NCBI GenBank assembly: GCA_015064635.1
Contig: SVRV01000008.1
Location: forward strand, 12,770-76,769
DNA from: Oscillospiraceae bacterium
GTDB lineage: Bacteria > Bacillota > Clostridia > Oscillospirales > SIG627
Length of the DNA stretch: 64,000 bases
Direction: 5' to 3'
A program made the translations under genes and the position numbers. Below are positions 53,262 to 63,269 of the stretch, in pieces (the first letter of the stretch is position 1; each line of letters starts with the position of its first letter). The notes beneath the pieces were generated by a model. It searched no databases, had not been told where the DNA came from, and saw only the letters and a list, made by a program, of their open reading frames with translations.

Positions 53262-53290
53262 TTGATTATAACATAAAAGTATGTTAAAAT
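53262..53290 (+). promoter_or_regulatory. Candidate promoter of the 1895-aa gene with an embedded LysR-type dyad
   Basis: TTGATT (53262-53267), a 17-nt spacer, then TAAAAT (53285-53290). The spacer contains TAACATAAAAGTATGTTA (53269-53286), a T-N11-A-style inverted repeat. Confidence 0.45.
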
Positions 53291-53319
53291 CAAGATATTA
53301 AAAAGGAGGTATTATAAAT

Positions 53320-56300
53320 ATGAAAAGAATAGTTACTCTTTTAATACTTTTGACTGCTTTGTTTTCTCTTTCCGTGACGGCATTTGCCGAGGAAAGCTAC
53401 AGCAATGCGGATATAATCAAGGAGGTAGTGTATGCCTATGACAGACAAGGCGACACTATTCTTTACGACCAGCTCAATTCAAGGCGGCATGTAGTTGCAT
53501 CACCAGAGGATGCAACCTCGCAGAATACAATCTACTTTGATTGCAGCAGCTTTGTAAACTCATGCTACATAGAGGCGTTTGGTATAAACATTTTGCCGTA
53601 TCCAATTGCCGAAAAATCATGCTCTACTTCAAATTACAATGCTTATGCAAGGGATAACGAGGGAAATCCCGATGTTGTAGGATATTGGGAAAACACCGAG
53701 TGGTCAACAGCCGATGCCAAGCAGAGCATAGTTGATTTTATGAAAGAAAATCTGCAAGTGGGAGACATTTTAAACTATCGCCATTTAAAATCCTCGGGTA
53801 GCACTGCGGGACATGTGTATATCTATGTGGGAAATAACACCTTCTATCACTGTGCGGGTGCCGGTTCATATGTTGTAAATTCATCAAATCCCGCCAAGTC
53901 TTATGAGGAATCAGAGGGGGAGACAAACCGCATACAGTATATCTCGTTTGCAAACATATTCACCACAACAACAAGCTCAAGATATATTTTCAAGGAGACT
54001 GTTGAGGATACGGTTGTATCCTTCAGCCTTCACAGACCCCTTGCTCGTGGGAATGTGACTCCTACCGAGAATAGTCTTAAGAGAATGGCAATTGCGGGAC
54101 TTGACAGCGAGAAAACTTCTTCTGTCGCTCCCAATACAGCTGTTTTTACGGGTGACACAATTACATATACCGTTGCAATGACGAATAGTGCAAGTCAGGC
54201 TCTTACCGGTGTTACACTTACCGATACAATTCCCACAGGCACAGAATTTGTATCCGGAAGCGAAGGGGTAGATGTAAACGGAAGAAACCTTTCGTGGACG
54301 GGGGACGTGGCGGCAAAAGCGACAGTAAGTGTCAGCTACACCGTCCGTGTTGTGTCAAAGCCCGAGGGTGCACGTATTGTAAGCGACAAGACCTCCGTGG
54401 GCGGCATAAAGCTTTTTACAATAATACACACTGTGTCCGAATACTCAAAGGAAGATATTTCATTGCTTGTTGATGCAGCAAAAGGATATATTTCAGGCTC
54501 TGAAAAATTCACAAACGGAGCAGAAATGGCATTTGGGCTTTACCGCAACGTGCTCGGAGTTGATTTGACAAAGTATATGTCAACCGATAAAACCCCTGAA
54601 AGCGGAATATACGCAGACAAAAACGGAAAACTCGTGGGACTTAAAGAGGGCGTTTCGTATGAATATGCAAACCTTAACGACACAAAAATTATAAAAGAGC
54701 TTTCCGATAACGGAAGTGTAACGTCGGAATTTTCATATTCTCCCGTAACAGACTCAACTGTCCTCACCTCGGGTATCTGGGGTGTAAGAGAGGTATCGAA
54801 AAACGAGGTATACACGGTTTATGTTAAGGGGGAGTCCACAGAAAATATTCTTCACACAACAACAATGACATGTAATGGTACTAACAACAGTGGCAAGGTT
54901 GTTGATGTTATTGACCAGGTAAATGTTGCGGGCTGGAACGAAACCAACCGTAAGTCACTCAGCTTTAATAAAGCAAAATGGACCGGTGTAAATATTAACT
55001 ACAGATGTTATACATACTACAATCAGGGCGATCCTCTCAATCTGGGCGGTACAGCTCTCACAGTAGATTATACATCTGTCAAGAATGCTACGAACACTCT
55101 TTTGGCAGCTCAGGCAACAGGTGACCCTGATGCAATAGCAGAAGCACAGGCAGCTTTTGATGAGGCTAATGCAGAGAAGGTCGAAGAAATAAGCGACCGT
55201 TGGTTCACATATCAGTACACAAACGAGGAAATCATCCCCATGGGAGATTTTATAAGCCACACCTTCAAGGTATGGCCCAGACAGACGGGTCTTGCTGTAG
55301 ATGAAGGCGGATTTATGACAACTTATACTTTTATTGTTGTAACGGAGGACGGCAAGCTTGAAGAGAGAACAGTTTACAAGGATATTGTATTTAAATCCGG
55401 TACAAGCGCTGTTCATACAGTAAATATTTCCGACTTTGAAAAGACAGACGGCTACATAATAGGTATTGTTATCCGTCCTTACGGTGCATCGAAGGAAGGT
55501 ACAACCGTTAAACACGTAAAAGATATAATATCCGATCTTTGCGTACAGTTCTATACAGATGGCTATAAGACGATTGCAAGTGCAGATGCGGTTATTTTGA
55601 ATTCTGCCATTGATACTGAAAAACTCACCCTTTCAACCGATTCAGAGTTTGCAGCTATTACAGCACCTTCTCTTTACGGCGGTATGACCATCAGAACCGG
55701 TATGTACAAGATTCCCGATAGTGTACGTTCACGTCTTGTGAAGGAAAGTGACCTTGCAGTAGGCGATATAATCATTGCGGATTGGTCGGGTGGTTGCATA
55801 ACCTATCTTTATATTGGCGACTCTACTCTTATGGCAGTCAACGGCGGAAAGGTGATAACAAAGACTATCGGGGACGACATTTACGGAAGTGATGCCGATA
55901 ACATTCTTGTTTCTCTTTATGCTTATGACAGATATATTGTTATCCGTCCGTCAATGAGTGATTTTGAATCAACTGTTTCGGTTGAATCCATTGAAGTTAC
56001 AAAAATGCCCGATAAGACCGAGTATTTCAGTCACGAAGCCTTTGACCCCACGGGCATGGTGGTGACAGCAATACTTGACAATGGAAAAACAGTGGAAGTA
56101 TCGGGATATACCGTTACAAACACCGCTTTTGAGTATCCTTCTGCAACAGTAACCGTTTCGTATCTCGGATTTACCGACACCTTTGATGTGAATATAGCCA
56201 GAATTGAGGGAATTGAAATTACTTCATTGCCCGAAAAAATGTCATATTACAACAAAGAGAGAATTGATATCACAGGAATGGTTGTCAAGGCACTCTTTTC

Positions 56301-59007
56301 AAATGGTGAATTAAAGGAAATTGTCGATTACACAGTTTCTCCAACAGAATTCACATATCCCGACAATACAGTTACAGTAACCTTCGGTGAATTTTCAAAA
56401 ACCTTCGAGGTTGCACTTTCAAAGGATTATTACACCTTAGGTGTTGCAGCGGCGCACACACTTCCTGAAGGTGCTCTTGCAAACGTTGAGGGCTATTTTG
56501 TGGGTGTAGGTGACGATGGGACAAAGGAAATTCTCATAAAGGATATAAATTCTGACAGCCTTATTGCTGTCCGTAATGTACCGGGTACATATCCCGATTA
56601 TTATTACGAATATGGTGACAAGGTTAAGTTTATTGTAAATGCTGCCATTAGCTCGGGTACATATGATTATGGCAGAAAGTATCTTGTGTACTCGGACGAA
56701 AACACAGATATTGCAGATACAGTTACTTCAAGGGGGAACAATATAACCTTCAACTTTGATAACGTCCTTGAAGTAAAGAGTCAGAGTGATTTTGTCTCAG
56801 TTCTCGGAACAAACGATAATTTCTACAGAATTATAAAGGTTTCGGGGACAACCTATTACAGCGGTTATAAATCATCATCTGCAACAAATCCCGAGCGCTT
56901 CAGAATACATAAGAATCCTAATGCAAAAAGCGTTGCAGATATCCGTACAAACGGCTCGCAGGTAGCAAACCTTACACTTTCAACACATGCGGCAAATCTT
57001 GGTGAAAATTGGTATTCCACCCTTTTCGGATTATCCTACAAGCATGGAATTTTCCCCGGTCCTTCAAGTGACAAGAGCTTCTATGCAGTATATGTAGGCG
57101 CAAACCAGTATTACGACAGAATTGCCATACTTGATGAAAGTTGGGTACTTGACCCGATAAGAACAATGGGCGTAAGTCTTCTTCTTGACGGCAGAATCGG
57201 TGTTAAGGTATACTTTGAGTATGACAGTGCGGTAATCAATACAGACACACTTACCTATTCAGCGACTGTTAAAAATACCGACCACGGTACAGAGGAAAAT
57301 GTCATCCTTCCCATAACCCTTGACGAAAACGGAAGAACAGCTTATTCCATTGTATATGTAAGCCCCAAGGATGCGGGGAACACTGTTATAAATTCAGTTG
57401 TTTCTGCGGGAGATTATTCTGTTACGCTTCCACAGCTCACAATCCCTGATTATATCAATGAGTTCAAAAAGCACTCTGAATATGAAAAATATTCGAATCT
57501 CATAGATGCTCTTGAAAAATATATTTCAGCGGCAGATATTTACTTCGACAAGAATAAAAACTTTGAAGGTATGACAGAACTTACGGATGCTGAAAAGAAT
57601 ATCCTCCGGAATATCACAGCCTTTGCAAATATCACAAGCAAAACGGTAGGAAATCTTGAGCACGTATCCACCTCTCTTATTCTCAATGAAAGTGTTACAC
57701 TCCGCCATTACTTCAAGGTAACAGGAGATATTGACCTTGATGCATATGCGGTGGAAGGTGCGACAGACCTCAAATATGCCAATGGCAGTGAGGAGTATGT
57801 ATATGTTGATACCGAAGACATTCCCGCACAGGAGCTTGGAAAGCTTAAAAACGTGACTGTTGCATTCGGCGAAGAAAGCACAACAATCACATTCTCTGCA
57901 TATAACTATGTAAGTCTTGCCCAGAGTATTAGTGATGCAAAGCTGAAGGAACTTACAAAGTGCCTTTTCAGATATGGCAATGCCGCAGCACGGATTGAAA
58001 ATAGTTCAACTAACGTAATAGAAATAAAGATTGCACAGATGCCTGCAAAGACGGTTTATACACACCGTGATACAATCGAAACACTTGATTTGACGGGCGG
58101 TAAAATTACTGTTATATATTCCGATTACTCTTCGAAGACAGTTGATATAACAAAGGAAATGATTTCGGAAGAAAGTGAGCCTTGGAATATAGGCACAGTC
58201 AACTATGTGCTTGAGTATGAAGGCGAAACCGTGGTGCTTCCCATAGTGTACGAAAACACCGCTATGTCCGTAACCGAGCTCAAAAAGTGCGCAGTCGGAA
58301 GCACTTATGAGTTCACAGGCGTTGTTGTCGGTGCTGTTTCAACACACAAATACGCTGAGCTTCTTATCAAGGACAAAAACTCCGATGAATACATTGGTAT
58401 AATCAATACAGGCGTTGCAGGTTCAATTTATGAACCGAGTCTTGACACGAGTGTGGTGAATATCGGAGACGAGATAATTGTGAGTGCAGCTTATTATCTT
58501 GAGCCTACTAACTCCTCAATCACCGGCAGCAGGGGAAGATATGGTGCAAATGCCACAAATAATGATACATTTGTATCGGGACTCATGATAGTATCCCATA
58601 ATAATGAAGTGGAATTTGACCTCACCTCGGCAACCGAGATAAGTACTCAAACTGAGCTTGAAGCCTTCCTGGATGACACTTCCAACTTCTACAAGCTTGT
58701 GAAGTTTAAGGGAATGAAGGCAATTCAGTATAGGAACAGTTCAAGCAAGTTAGGATACAGAATATTCTTCGGAACAGGCGTGACCACACAGAGCAATCAA
58801 AATATAAATGGAATCAGCCCGTTTATTTTCCACCCCACGGTTGATCTCTATCTAACCAACGGAATAAAATCCTACTTCAGTAATTCAAGTTCAACATCCT
58901 ACTCTTCACCCGCCACCACCGAATACGATGTTTATGCTATGCTTGTGGGAGGCAACAGCTATTACTACGATTTTGTAATATTTGATGACAACTTTATGGT
59001 AAAATAA
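53320..59007 (+). CDS. Giant secreted multidomain protein (1895 aa): NlpC/P60-like, DUF11-like and Big_3-like Ig repeats
   Basis: The signal peptide is MKRIVTLLILLTALFSLSVTAFA|EE. The N-terminal Cys...His pattern (FDCSSFVNSCY...GHVYIYVGNNTFYHC) is NlpC/P60-like. TITYTVAMTNS...LTDTIPTGTEFV is DUF11-like. Three to four units of (V/I)E.I..T..P.K..Y.....D.TG..V.A...G are Big_3-like Ig repeats. I saw no LPXTG, SLH or dockerin motif at the C-terminus. Confidence 0.85.
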   Translation: MKRIVTLLILLTALFSLSVTAFAEESYSNADIIKEVVYAYDRQGDTILYDQLNSRRHVVASPEDATSQNTIYFDCSSFVNSCYIEAFGINILPYPIAEKSCSTSNYNAYARDNEGNPDVVGYWENTEWSTADAKQSIVDFMKENLQVGDILNYRHLKSSGSTAGHVYIYVGNNTFYHCAGAGSYVVNSSNPAKSYEESEGETNRIQYISFANIFTTTTSSRYIFKETVEDTVVSFSLHRPLARGNVTPTENSLKRMAIAGLDSEKTSSVAPNTAVFTGDTITYTVAMTNSASQALTGVTLTDTIPTGTEFVSGSEGVDVNGRNLSWTGDVAAKATVSVSYTVRVVSKPEGARIVSDKTSVGGIKLFTIIHTVSEYSKEDISLLVDAAKGYISGSEKFTNGAEMAFGLYRNVLGVDLTKYMSTDKTPESGIYADKNGKLVGLKEGVSYEYANLNDTKIIKELSDNGSVTSEFSYSPVTDSTVLTSGIWGVREVSKNEVYTVYVKGESTENILHTTTMTCNGTNNSGKVVDVIDQVNVAGWNETNRKSLSFNKAKWTGVNINYRCYTYYNQGDPLNLGGTALTVDYTSVKNATNTLLAAQATGDPDAIAEAQAAFDEANAEKVEEISDRWFTYQYTNEEIIPMGDFISHTFKVWPRQTGLAVDEGGFMTTYTFIVVTEDGKLEERTVYKDIVFKSGTSAVHTVNISDFEKTDGYIIGIVIRPYGASKEGTTVKHVKDIISDLCVQFYTDGYKTIASADAVILNSAIDTEKLTLSTDSEFAAITAPSLYGGMTIRTGMYKIPDSVRSRLVKESDLAVGDIIIADWSGGCITYLYIGDSTLMAVNGGKVITKTIGDDIYGSDADNILVSLYAYDRYIVIRPSMSDFESTVSVESIEVTKMPDKTEYFSHEAFDPTGMVVTAILDNGKTVEVSGYTVTNTAFEYPSATVTVSYLGFTDTFDVNIARIEGIEITSLPEKMSYYNKERIDITGMVVKALFSNGELKEIVDYTVSPTEFTYPDNTVTVTFGEFSKTFEVALSKDYYTLGVAAAHTLPEGALANVEGYFVGVGDDGTKEILIKDINSDSLIAVRNVPGTYPDYYYEYGDKVKFIVNAAISSGTYDYGRKYLVYSDENTDIADTVTSRGNNITFNFDNVLEVKSQSDFVSVLGTNDNFYRIIKVSGTTYYSGYKSSSATNPERFRIHKNPNAKSVADIRTNGSQVANLTLSTHAANLGENWYSTLFGLSYKHGIFPGPSSDKSFYAVYVGANQYYDRIAILDESWVLDPIRTMGVSLLLDGRIGVKVYFEYDSAVINTDTLTYSATVKNTDHGTEENVILPITLDENGRTAYSIVYVSPKDAGNTVINSVVSAGDYSVTLPQLTIPDYINEFKKHSEYEKYSNLIDALEKYISAADIYFDKNKNFEGMTELTDAEKNILRNITAFANITSKTVGNLEHVSTSLILNESVTLRHYFKVTGDIDLDAYAVEGATDLKYANGSEEYVYVDTEDIPAQELGKLKNVTVAFGEESTTITFSAYNYVSLAQSISDAKLKELTKCLFRYGNAAARIENSSTNVIEIKIAQMPAKTVYTHRDTIETLDLTGGKITVIYSDYSSKTVDITKEMISEESEPWNIGTVNYVLEYEGETVVLPIVYENTAMSVTELKKCAVGSTYEFTGVVVGAVSTHKYAELLIKDKNSDEYIGIINTGVAGSIYEPSLDTSVVNIGDEIIVSAAYYLEPTNSSITGSRGRYGANATNNDTFVSGLMIVSHNNEVEFDLTSATEISTQTELEAFLDDTSNFYKLVKFKGMKAIQYRNSSSKLGYRIFFGTGVTTQSNQNINGISPFIFHPTVDLYLTNGIKSYFSNSSSTSYSSPATTEYDVYAMLVGGNSYYYDFVIFDDNFMVK

Positions 59008-59013
59008 GACTAA

Positions 59014-59050
59014 AGCCGTCTCAGGTTTTGACCTGAGACGGCTTCCTTTA
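59014..59050. terminator. Bidirectional terminator between convergent genes
   Basis: Perfect 13-bp stem AGCCGTCTCAGGT / ACCTGAGACGGCT with loop TTTG. T-rich sequence flanks it on both strands. Confidence 0.75.
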
Positions 59051-59051
59051 A

Positions 59052-59729
59052 TTATTTACATAATTCTATGAAATTCTCAAAAAGTCTGTTTTCAATTGGG
59101 TCATCCGCATGGTAGGAAAGCTCGGGATGCCACTGGGTAGCGAAAATCTTTTTGTCACAGCATTCAATAGCCTCGATTATTCCGTCCTCCGAAAAGGCAA
59201 CCGCTTCAAAGCAAGGGGCAAGGCTATCAATATGCCAATAGTGGAAGGTGTTGACCGAGGCTTCAGTGCTTCCAAAAACATCGTACACAAAGGAATTTTC
59301 CCTGATGCTTATCTTATGCTTCAAAAGTCCGTTACTGCAATGTGGGACACCCGTTTCTATCTTTTTAATACTTCCGCCAAAATAGATATTCAGCTCCTGA
59401 AGTCCCGCACATATTCCGAGTATCGGTTTTTTCTTCTCAAGAAAGAAGTCAATAAGCCTTTTGTCCAAGGCGTATTCGTCGACCGGTGCATTGAATTCGG
59501 GAGACGGCTCTCCGTAGTAAGCGGGATTTATGTCGGTAGTGCTGCCGGGAATAATGAGTCCGTCGCAGTCACGGCAGACCTCCTCAATGTTGTCATCCGA
59601 CATAACCGCCACAAGTCCAATGCCGTATTTGTCCGCCATGAGCTTGAAATCGTGGGGGATGCAGTAGCGGAAGTCCCAGGGGCGTCCTTTCTTTAAGTCA
59701 ATGTATCTGAGTACCGTTGCAAGTACCAT
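59052..59729 (-). CDS. Class I glutamine amidotransferase-like hydrolase (peptidase C26 / gamma-glutamyl-GABA hydrolase family)
   Basis: 225 aa. GICAGLQELN is the nucleophile elbow, and QWHPE supplies the His-Glu of the triad. Confidence 0.85.
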   Translation of the reverse strand: MVLATVLRYIDLKKGRPWDFRYCIPHDFKLMADKYGIGLVAVMSDDNIEEVCRDCDGLIIPGSTTDINPAYYGEPSPEFNAPVDEYALDKRLIDFFLEKKKPILGICAGLQELNIYFGGSIKKIETGVPHCSNGLLKHKISIRENSFVYDVFGSTEASVNTFHYWHIDSLAPCFEAVAFSEDGIIEAIECCDKKIFATQWHPELSYHADDPIENRLFENFIELCK

Positions 59730-59736
59730 AGTGAGT

Positions 59737-60594
59737 TCAGCCTCCTATGAATATCTTCGCAAGCGGTGAGTCAATGGGAAGGAACACGGTTTTGTTGTCT
59801 CCCTTCATAGCCAGCTTCAAAGCGTCAAGTGCACGAAGGAATTCGTAGAACTCTTGTCTTTCGGGGCTGTTATACGCCTCGGCAATTATCTTCATGTATT
59901 CCGACTCACCCTGAGCACGGATTTCTTCGGCTTCGGCTTTTGCAGATGAAACGATTATGGAAACCTCTTTGTTTGTGTCGTTGAGAATGAGCTGATACTC
60001 CTCGTTACCTTGGGCAAGGAAGTCTGCCGCAATCTGGTTTCGCTCGGATATCATACGTGCGTAAACCGAACCCTTGTTGTCCTCGGGCAGGTCGAGACGT
60101 TTGATTTCATTATCAATTATTGTTATTCCGTATTCATCGAAGGAAGGTTGTACTGTCTTTACGATTCCGTCGCTGAGAGATTCGCCTCTGCCGTTGATAA
60201 TGTCGGTCTGGTTGATATTACCCACGGCGTTTTTAATTGCGTTATATGTAACAGTACCTATTCTTCTTTCCGCTTCGGGAATGGTGTTGAGTGTCTGAAC
60301 AAATTTGAGCGGGTCGGTTATCTTCCAAAGAACAAAGTTATCAATTACCATTGTTTTCTTATCCTTGGTAATAACGTCGGATTCCGCCTGGTCGAAAAGC
60401 ATAATTGTTTTGGGGAGCTTTTCTGTTTGCTGAATAAAGGGGAGCTTGAAGGAAAGACCCGGCTCGGATACTATTCTTTCAACCTTTCCGAATTCCTTGA
60501 TAAGGGTGTATTCGTTGCTCTTTGTTACAACCGTTGATGCAAAAATCAATACAGCTATAATAACTAAAATTACGGGTATTATAATCTTTTTCAT
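59737..60594 (-). CDS. hflC: SPFH/band-7 protein, HflC-like
   Basis: 285 aa. It has an N-terminal TM segment and an SPFH domain, and is paired with the upstream HflK-like gene. Confidence 0.8.
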   Translation of the reverse strand: MKKIIIPVILVIIAVLIFASTVVTKSNEYTLIKEFGKVERIVSEPGLSFKLPFIQQTEKLPKTIMLFDQAESDVITKDKKTMVIDNFVLWKITDPLKFVQTLNTIPEAERRIGTVTYNAIKNAVGNINQTDIINGRGESLSDGIVKTVQPSFDEYGITIIDNEIKRLDLPEDNKGSVYARMISERNQIAADFLAQGNEEYQLILNDTNKEVSIIVSSAKAEAEEIRAQGESEYMKIIAEAYNSPERQEFYEFLRALDALKLAMKGDNKTVFLPIDSPLAKIFIGG

Positions 60595-60595
60595 T

Positions 60596-61525
60596 TTAGT
60601 TTGCTCCTCCTTCCGTAAAGGATTTTACAGGATAAATGCTCTGGGTTGAGCCGTCCTCTGCACCTATAATAAGCTCGATTTCGGGCATTATGGTTTCCAT
60701 TGCTTCATAGAACATACGCTTCTTTGTAACTTCCTTGTTCTTTTCGTACTCGGCAAAAAGCTCGTTGAAGCGTGCAACCTCACCCTTCGCTTCATTTATT
60801 CTCGATTCCTTGTCGGCCTCTGCGTCACGAAGAAGCTTGTCGGCCTCTGCACGTGCTGCAGGAATTTGCTCGTTTTTATATTTATTGGCATCGTTTGTGT
60901 AGGTGTCCATCTTCTGTCTTGCATCCTCAACGGCATCAAAGGCTGTCATGATCTCAACCGTGGGTGGCTCGGCATCCTGAATTGTGATATTGTGAACCTG
61001 AACGCCTATATCCAGCTTTTCAAGTGCATCTGAAACATTAGCCTTAATGAGTGACTGTATTTCGCCCTTGCCCGTTGTAAGAACGCTGTCAACCTGGTTA
61101 ACACCGATAACGCTTCTGGCAGAGCTCTGTACTATGTTGGAAAGTATTGCCTGGGGCGATTGTGAATTGTAGAGTGATTTAATTGGGTCTGTAACACTCC
61201 ATTCCACAAAGAAGTCAACGTTAACGAAGTTATAGTCACTTGTAATCATTGTGGCATCGGGAGTGAATTTACTTGTAGTTTCGTCATAGCCTATGGCAAA
61301 GCCTTGAATGGTGGTATTTACCTTTTGCACCGACTGAATGAAGGGAATCTTGAAGCCAAGACCCGATTCCTTTACGTAGGTCGGATTTCCGAAGGTAAGC
61401 ACGACAGCCTTTTCCTGCTCATTTACAGTGAATACGCAGTTAAAGGCAACGACTGCTATCAGCGCTATTACGACTAACGCAATGATAGCGGTTTTGACTT
61501 TTTTGTCGATTTCAAAATCAAACAT
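60596..61525 (-). CDS. hflK: SPFH/band-7 protein, HflK-like
   Basis: 309 aa. It has an N-terminal TM segment, an SPFH domain and a coiled-coil tail. Confidence 0.8.
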   Translation of the reverse strand: MFDFEIDKKVKTAIIALVVIALIAVVAFNCVFTVNEQEKAVVLTFGNPTYVKESGLGFKIPFIQSVQKVNTTIQGFAIGYDETTSKFTPDATMITSDYNFVNVDFFVEWSVTDPIKSLYNSQSPQAILSNIVQSSARSVIGVNQVDSVLTTGKGEIQSLIKANVSDALEKLDIGVQVHNITIQDAEPPTVEIMTAFDAVEDARQKMDTYTNDANKYKNEQIPAARAEADKLLRDAEADKESRINEAKGEVARFNELFAEYEKNKEVTKKRMFYEAMETIMPEIELIIGAEDGSTQSIYPVKSFTEGGAN

Positions 61526-62210
61526 GGTTTTTCTCCTTTACATTTACAAAGCTATCAATGGATAGCTCATTTTTACTTACGTTGCAGGTCATTGCAATGA
61601 CTCGGACTCCTTTTTTCATTACTTCAAACAGAGTCCTTGCAAATTCGGGATGAGTCTTGTCATTAGGGGTGAAATAAAGGCATTCCTTCATTTGTATAAC
61701 GAATATGACATATGCCTCATATCCGTCACGGACAGCCTCGGCAAGCTCTTTCAGATGCTTTACGCCTCTTTGTGTGGGAGCATCGGGAAAAAGTACAACA
61801 CCGTTCTCTTCTAAAGTTACTCCTTTCACCTCGGCAAGGATTTTTCTCTCTCCCGATTCGATATAAAAATCAAACCGAGAATTACCGAAGGTGTATTCGG
61901 GCTTCACGAGGTGGGGCGTGCCAAAGTAATTTTTTTCCTTTATCCACTCTCCCACTACCTTGTTGGGTGCCTGACTGTCTATATTTATAAGCCTTTCGCC
62001 CTTGTATACGGCTATCAGGTCGTATTTGGTTTTTCTTGTCTCGATGGGCGTGTGTTCAACTATGACCTTTGTACCGGGAATAAGAAGCTCATGGCATCTG
62101 CCCGTATTTTTTACGTGACAAATTTGCTCTGCTCCGTCAATTTCCACGTGGGCAATGAAACGGTTTGGACGGGAAATAAAGATTCCCTCTTTTGTATTTT
62201 CGTACTTCAT
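61518..62210 (-). CDS. sfsA: Sugar fermentation stimulation protein SfsA
   Basis: 230 aa. The N-terminus RPNRF...V.......HV.NTGR is characteristic of SfsA. Confidence 0.88.
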   Translation of the reverse strand: MKYENTKEGIFISRPNRFIAHVEIDGAEQICHVKNTGRCHELLIPGTKVIVEHTPIETRKTKYDLIAVYKGERLINIDSQAPNKVVGEWIKEKNYFGTPHLVKPEYTFGNSRFDFYIESGERKILAEVKGVTLEENGVVLFPDAPTQRGVKHLKELAEAVRDGYEAYVIFVIQMKECLYFTPNDKTHPEFARTLFEVMKKGVRVIAMTCNVSKNELSIDSFVNVKEKNHV

Positions 62211-62605
62211 TTCAACGTGTTTTCCTGATTTCTGTAAACGAAGAATTTACAGAACAAAAACTCAAGAACAAAATTTGAAAGCATTGTGACAATAAGAACT
62301 ATGTATTCATTGATTCCCGAGCCCTCGGCAATATGTCCAAGGTATGTTGACAGAGGAGTGAACACAAGATAAAAACCAAATACCTTTGCCATGGCAACAG
62401 GGACATTTGCCGCAGACTTGAAGGTGAAGCGTCGGTTTACGGTGAAGTTCCACAAAATTGAAAGCACAAGCGAAATAAGATAGGCGGGCCAATAGGGAAG
62501 GGTGGCAAGCTCATTCAAAAGAGCAAATGAGCCTATTTGTATCACTCCCGCCGATATGGAAAACAGCGTGAATTTTACAATCTGAATAAAAGTATCCTTT
62601 TTCAT
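62207..62605 (-). CDS. GtrA-family membrane protein
   Basis: 132 aa with four TM segments. The FTLFSISAGVIQIGSFALL...NRRFTF pattern is typical of GtrA-like proteins. Confidence 0.75.
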   Translation of the reverse strand: MKKDTFIQIVKFTLFSISAGVIQIGSFALLNELATLPYWPAYLISLVLSILWNFTVNRRFTFKSAANVPVAMAKVFGFYLVFTPLSTYLGHIAEGSGINEYIVLIVTMLSNFVLEFLFCKFFVYRNQENTLK

Positions 62606-62607
62606 TT

Positions 62608-63258
62608 TCAGTCTTTCAGCTTTCCAAGCTTTGCCGTATCTGCAATAACAACAAGCTTCGTATTTTTCTCCAAGGGATGTGTGGGGTCTATGTTTATGAC
62701 AATCCTTTCGTTCTTGTTAAGTGCCACAACGTTGACACCGTACTTTTTACGAAGATTTAAGTCAATCAGCGTTTTGCCTATCCAATCCTCTCTTACTTCA
62801 AGCTCTACAAGGGATATGTCGGCTGTCAGCTCTACCATATCCACAAAGCCGGAGGTGAGCAGATTCTTGGCAAGACGGATACCCGATTCCTTTTCGGGGA
62901 ATATAACCTTATCAGCACCTACTCTCTCAAGTATTTTGGAGCGCATCTCGTCTCCGCATTTTACAATTACAGTACCGACTCCCGCTTCCTTGCAAAGCAT
63001 GGTAGCCATAACACTCGCTTCAAAGCTTTCAGCCATGGCAATGATGACCACGTCCACACTTCCGATGTCAAGCTCACGTATTACGTCGGGGTCAGTAACG
63101 TTTGCACATTTGCACACGGGTATTTCACTTGCGAAGGCATTGACAGTGCTTATGTCTCGGTCTATGGCAATTACCTCTGCACCGCCCTCAACAAGCTCTT
63201 TTGCCACGGCTTTTCCGTAACGTCCGAGACCGAAAACGGCATATGTTTTCTTATTCAT
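62608..63258 (-). CDS. trkA: TrkA/KtrA-family potassium-uptake regulatory subunit
   Basis: 216 aa. It has an RCK N-domain (VFGLGRYGKAVAKEL) and a TrkA-C domain. Confidence 0.88.
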   Translation of the reverse strand: MNKKTYAVFGLGRYGKAVAKELVEGGAEVIAIDRDISTVNAFASEIPVCKCANVTDPDVIRELDIGSVDVVIIAMAESFEASVMATMLCKEAGVGTVIVKCGDEMRSKILERVGADKVIFPEKESGIRLAKNLLTSGFVDMVELTADISLVELEVREDWIGKTLIDLNLRKKYGVNVVALNKNERIVINIDPTHPLEKNTKLVVIADTAKLGKLKD

Positions 63259-63269
63259 ACTGTTCCTTT

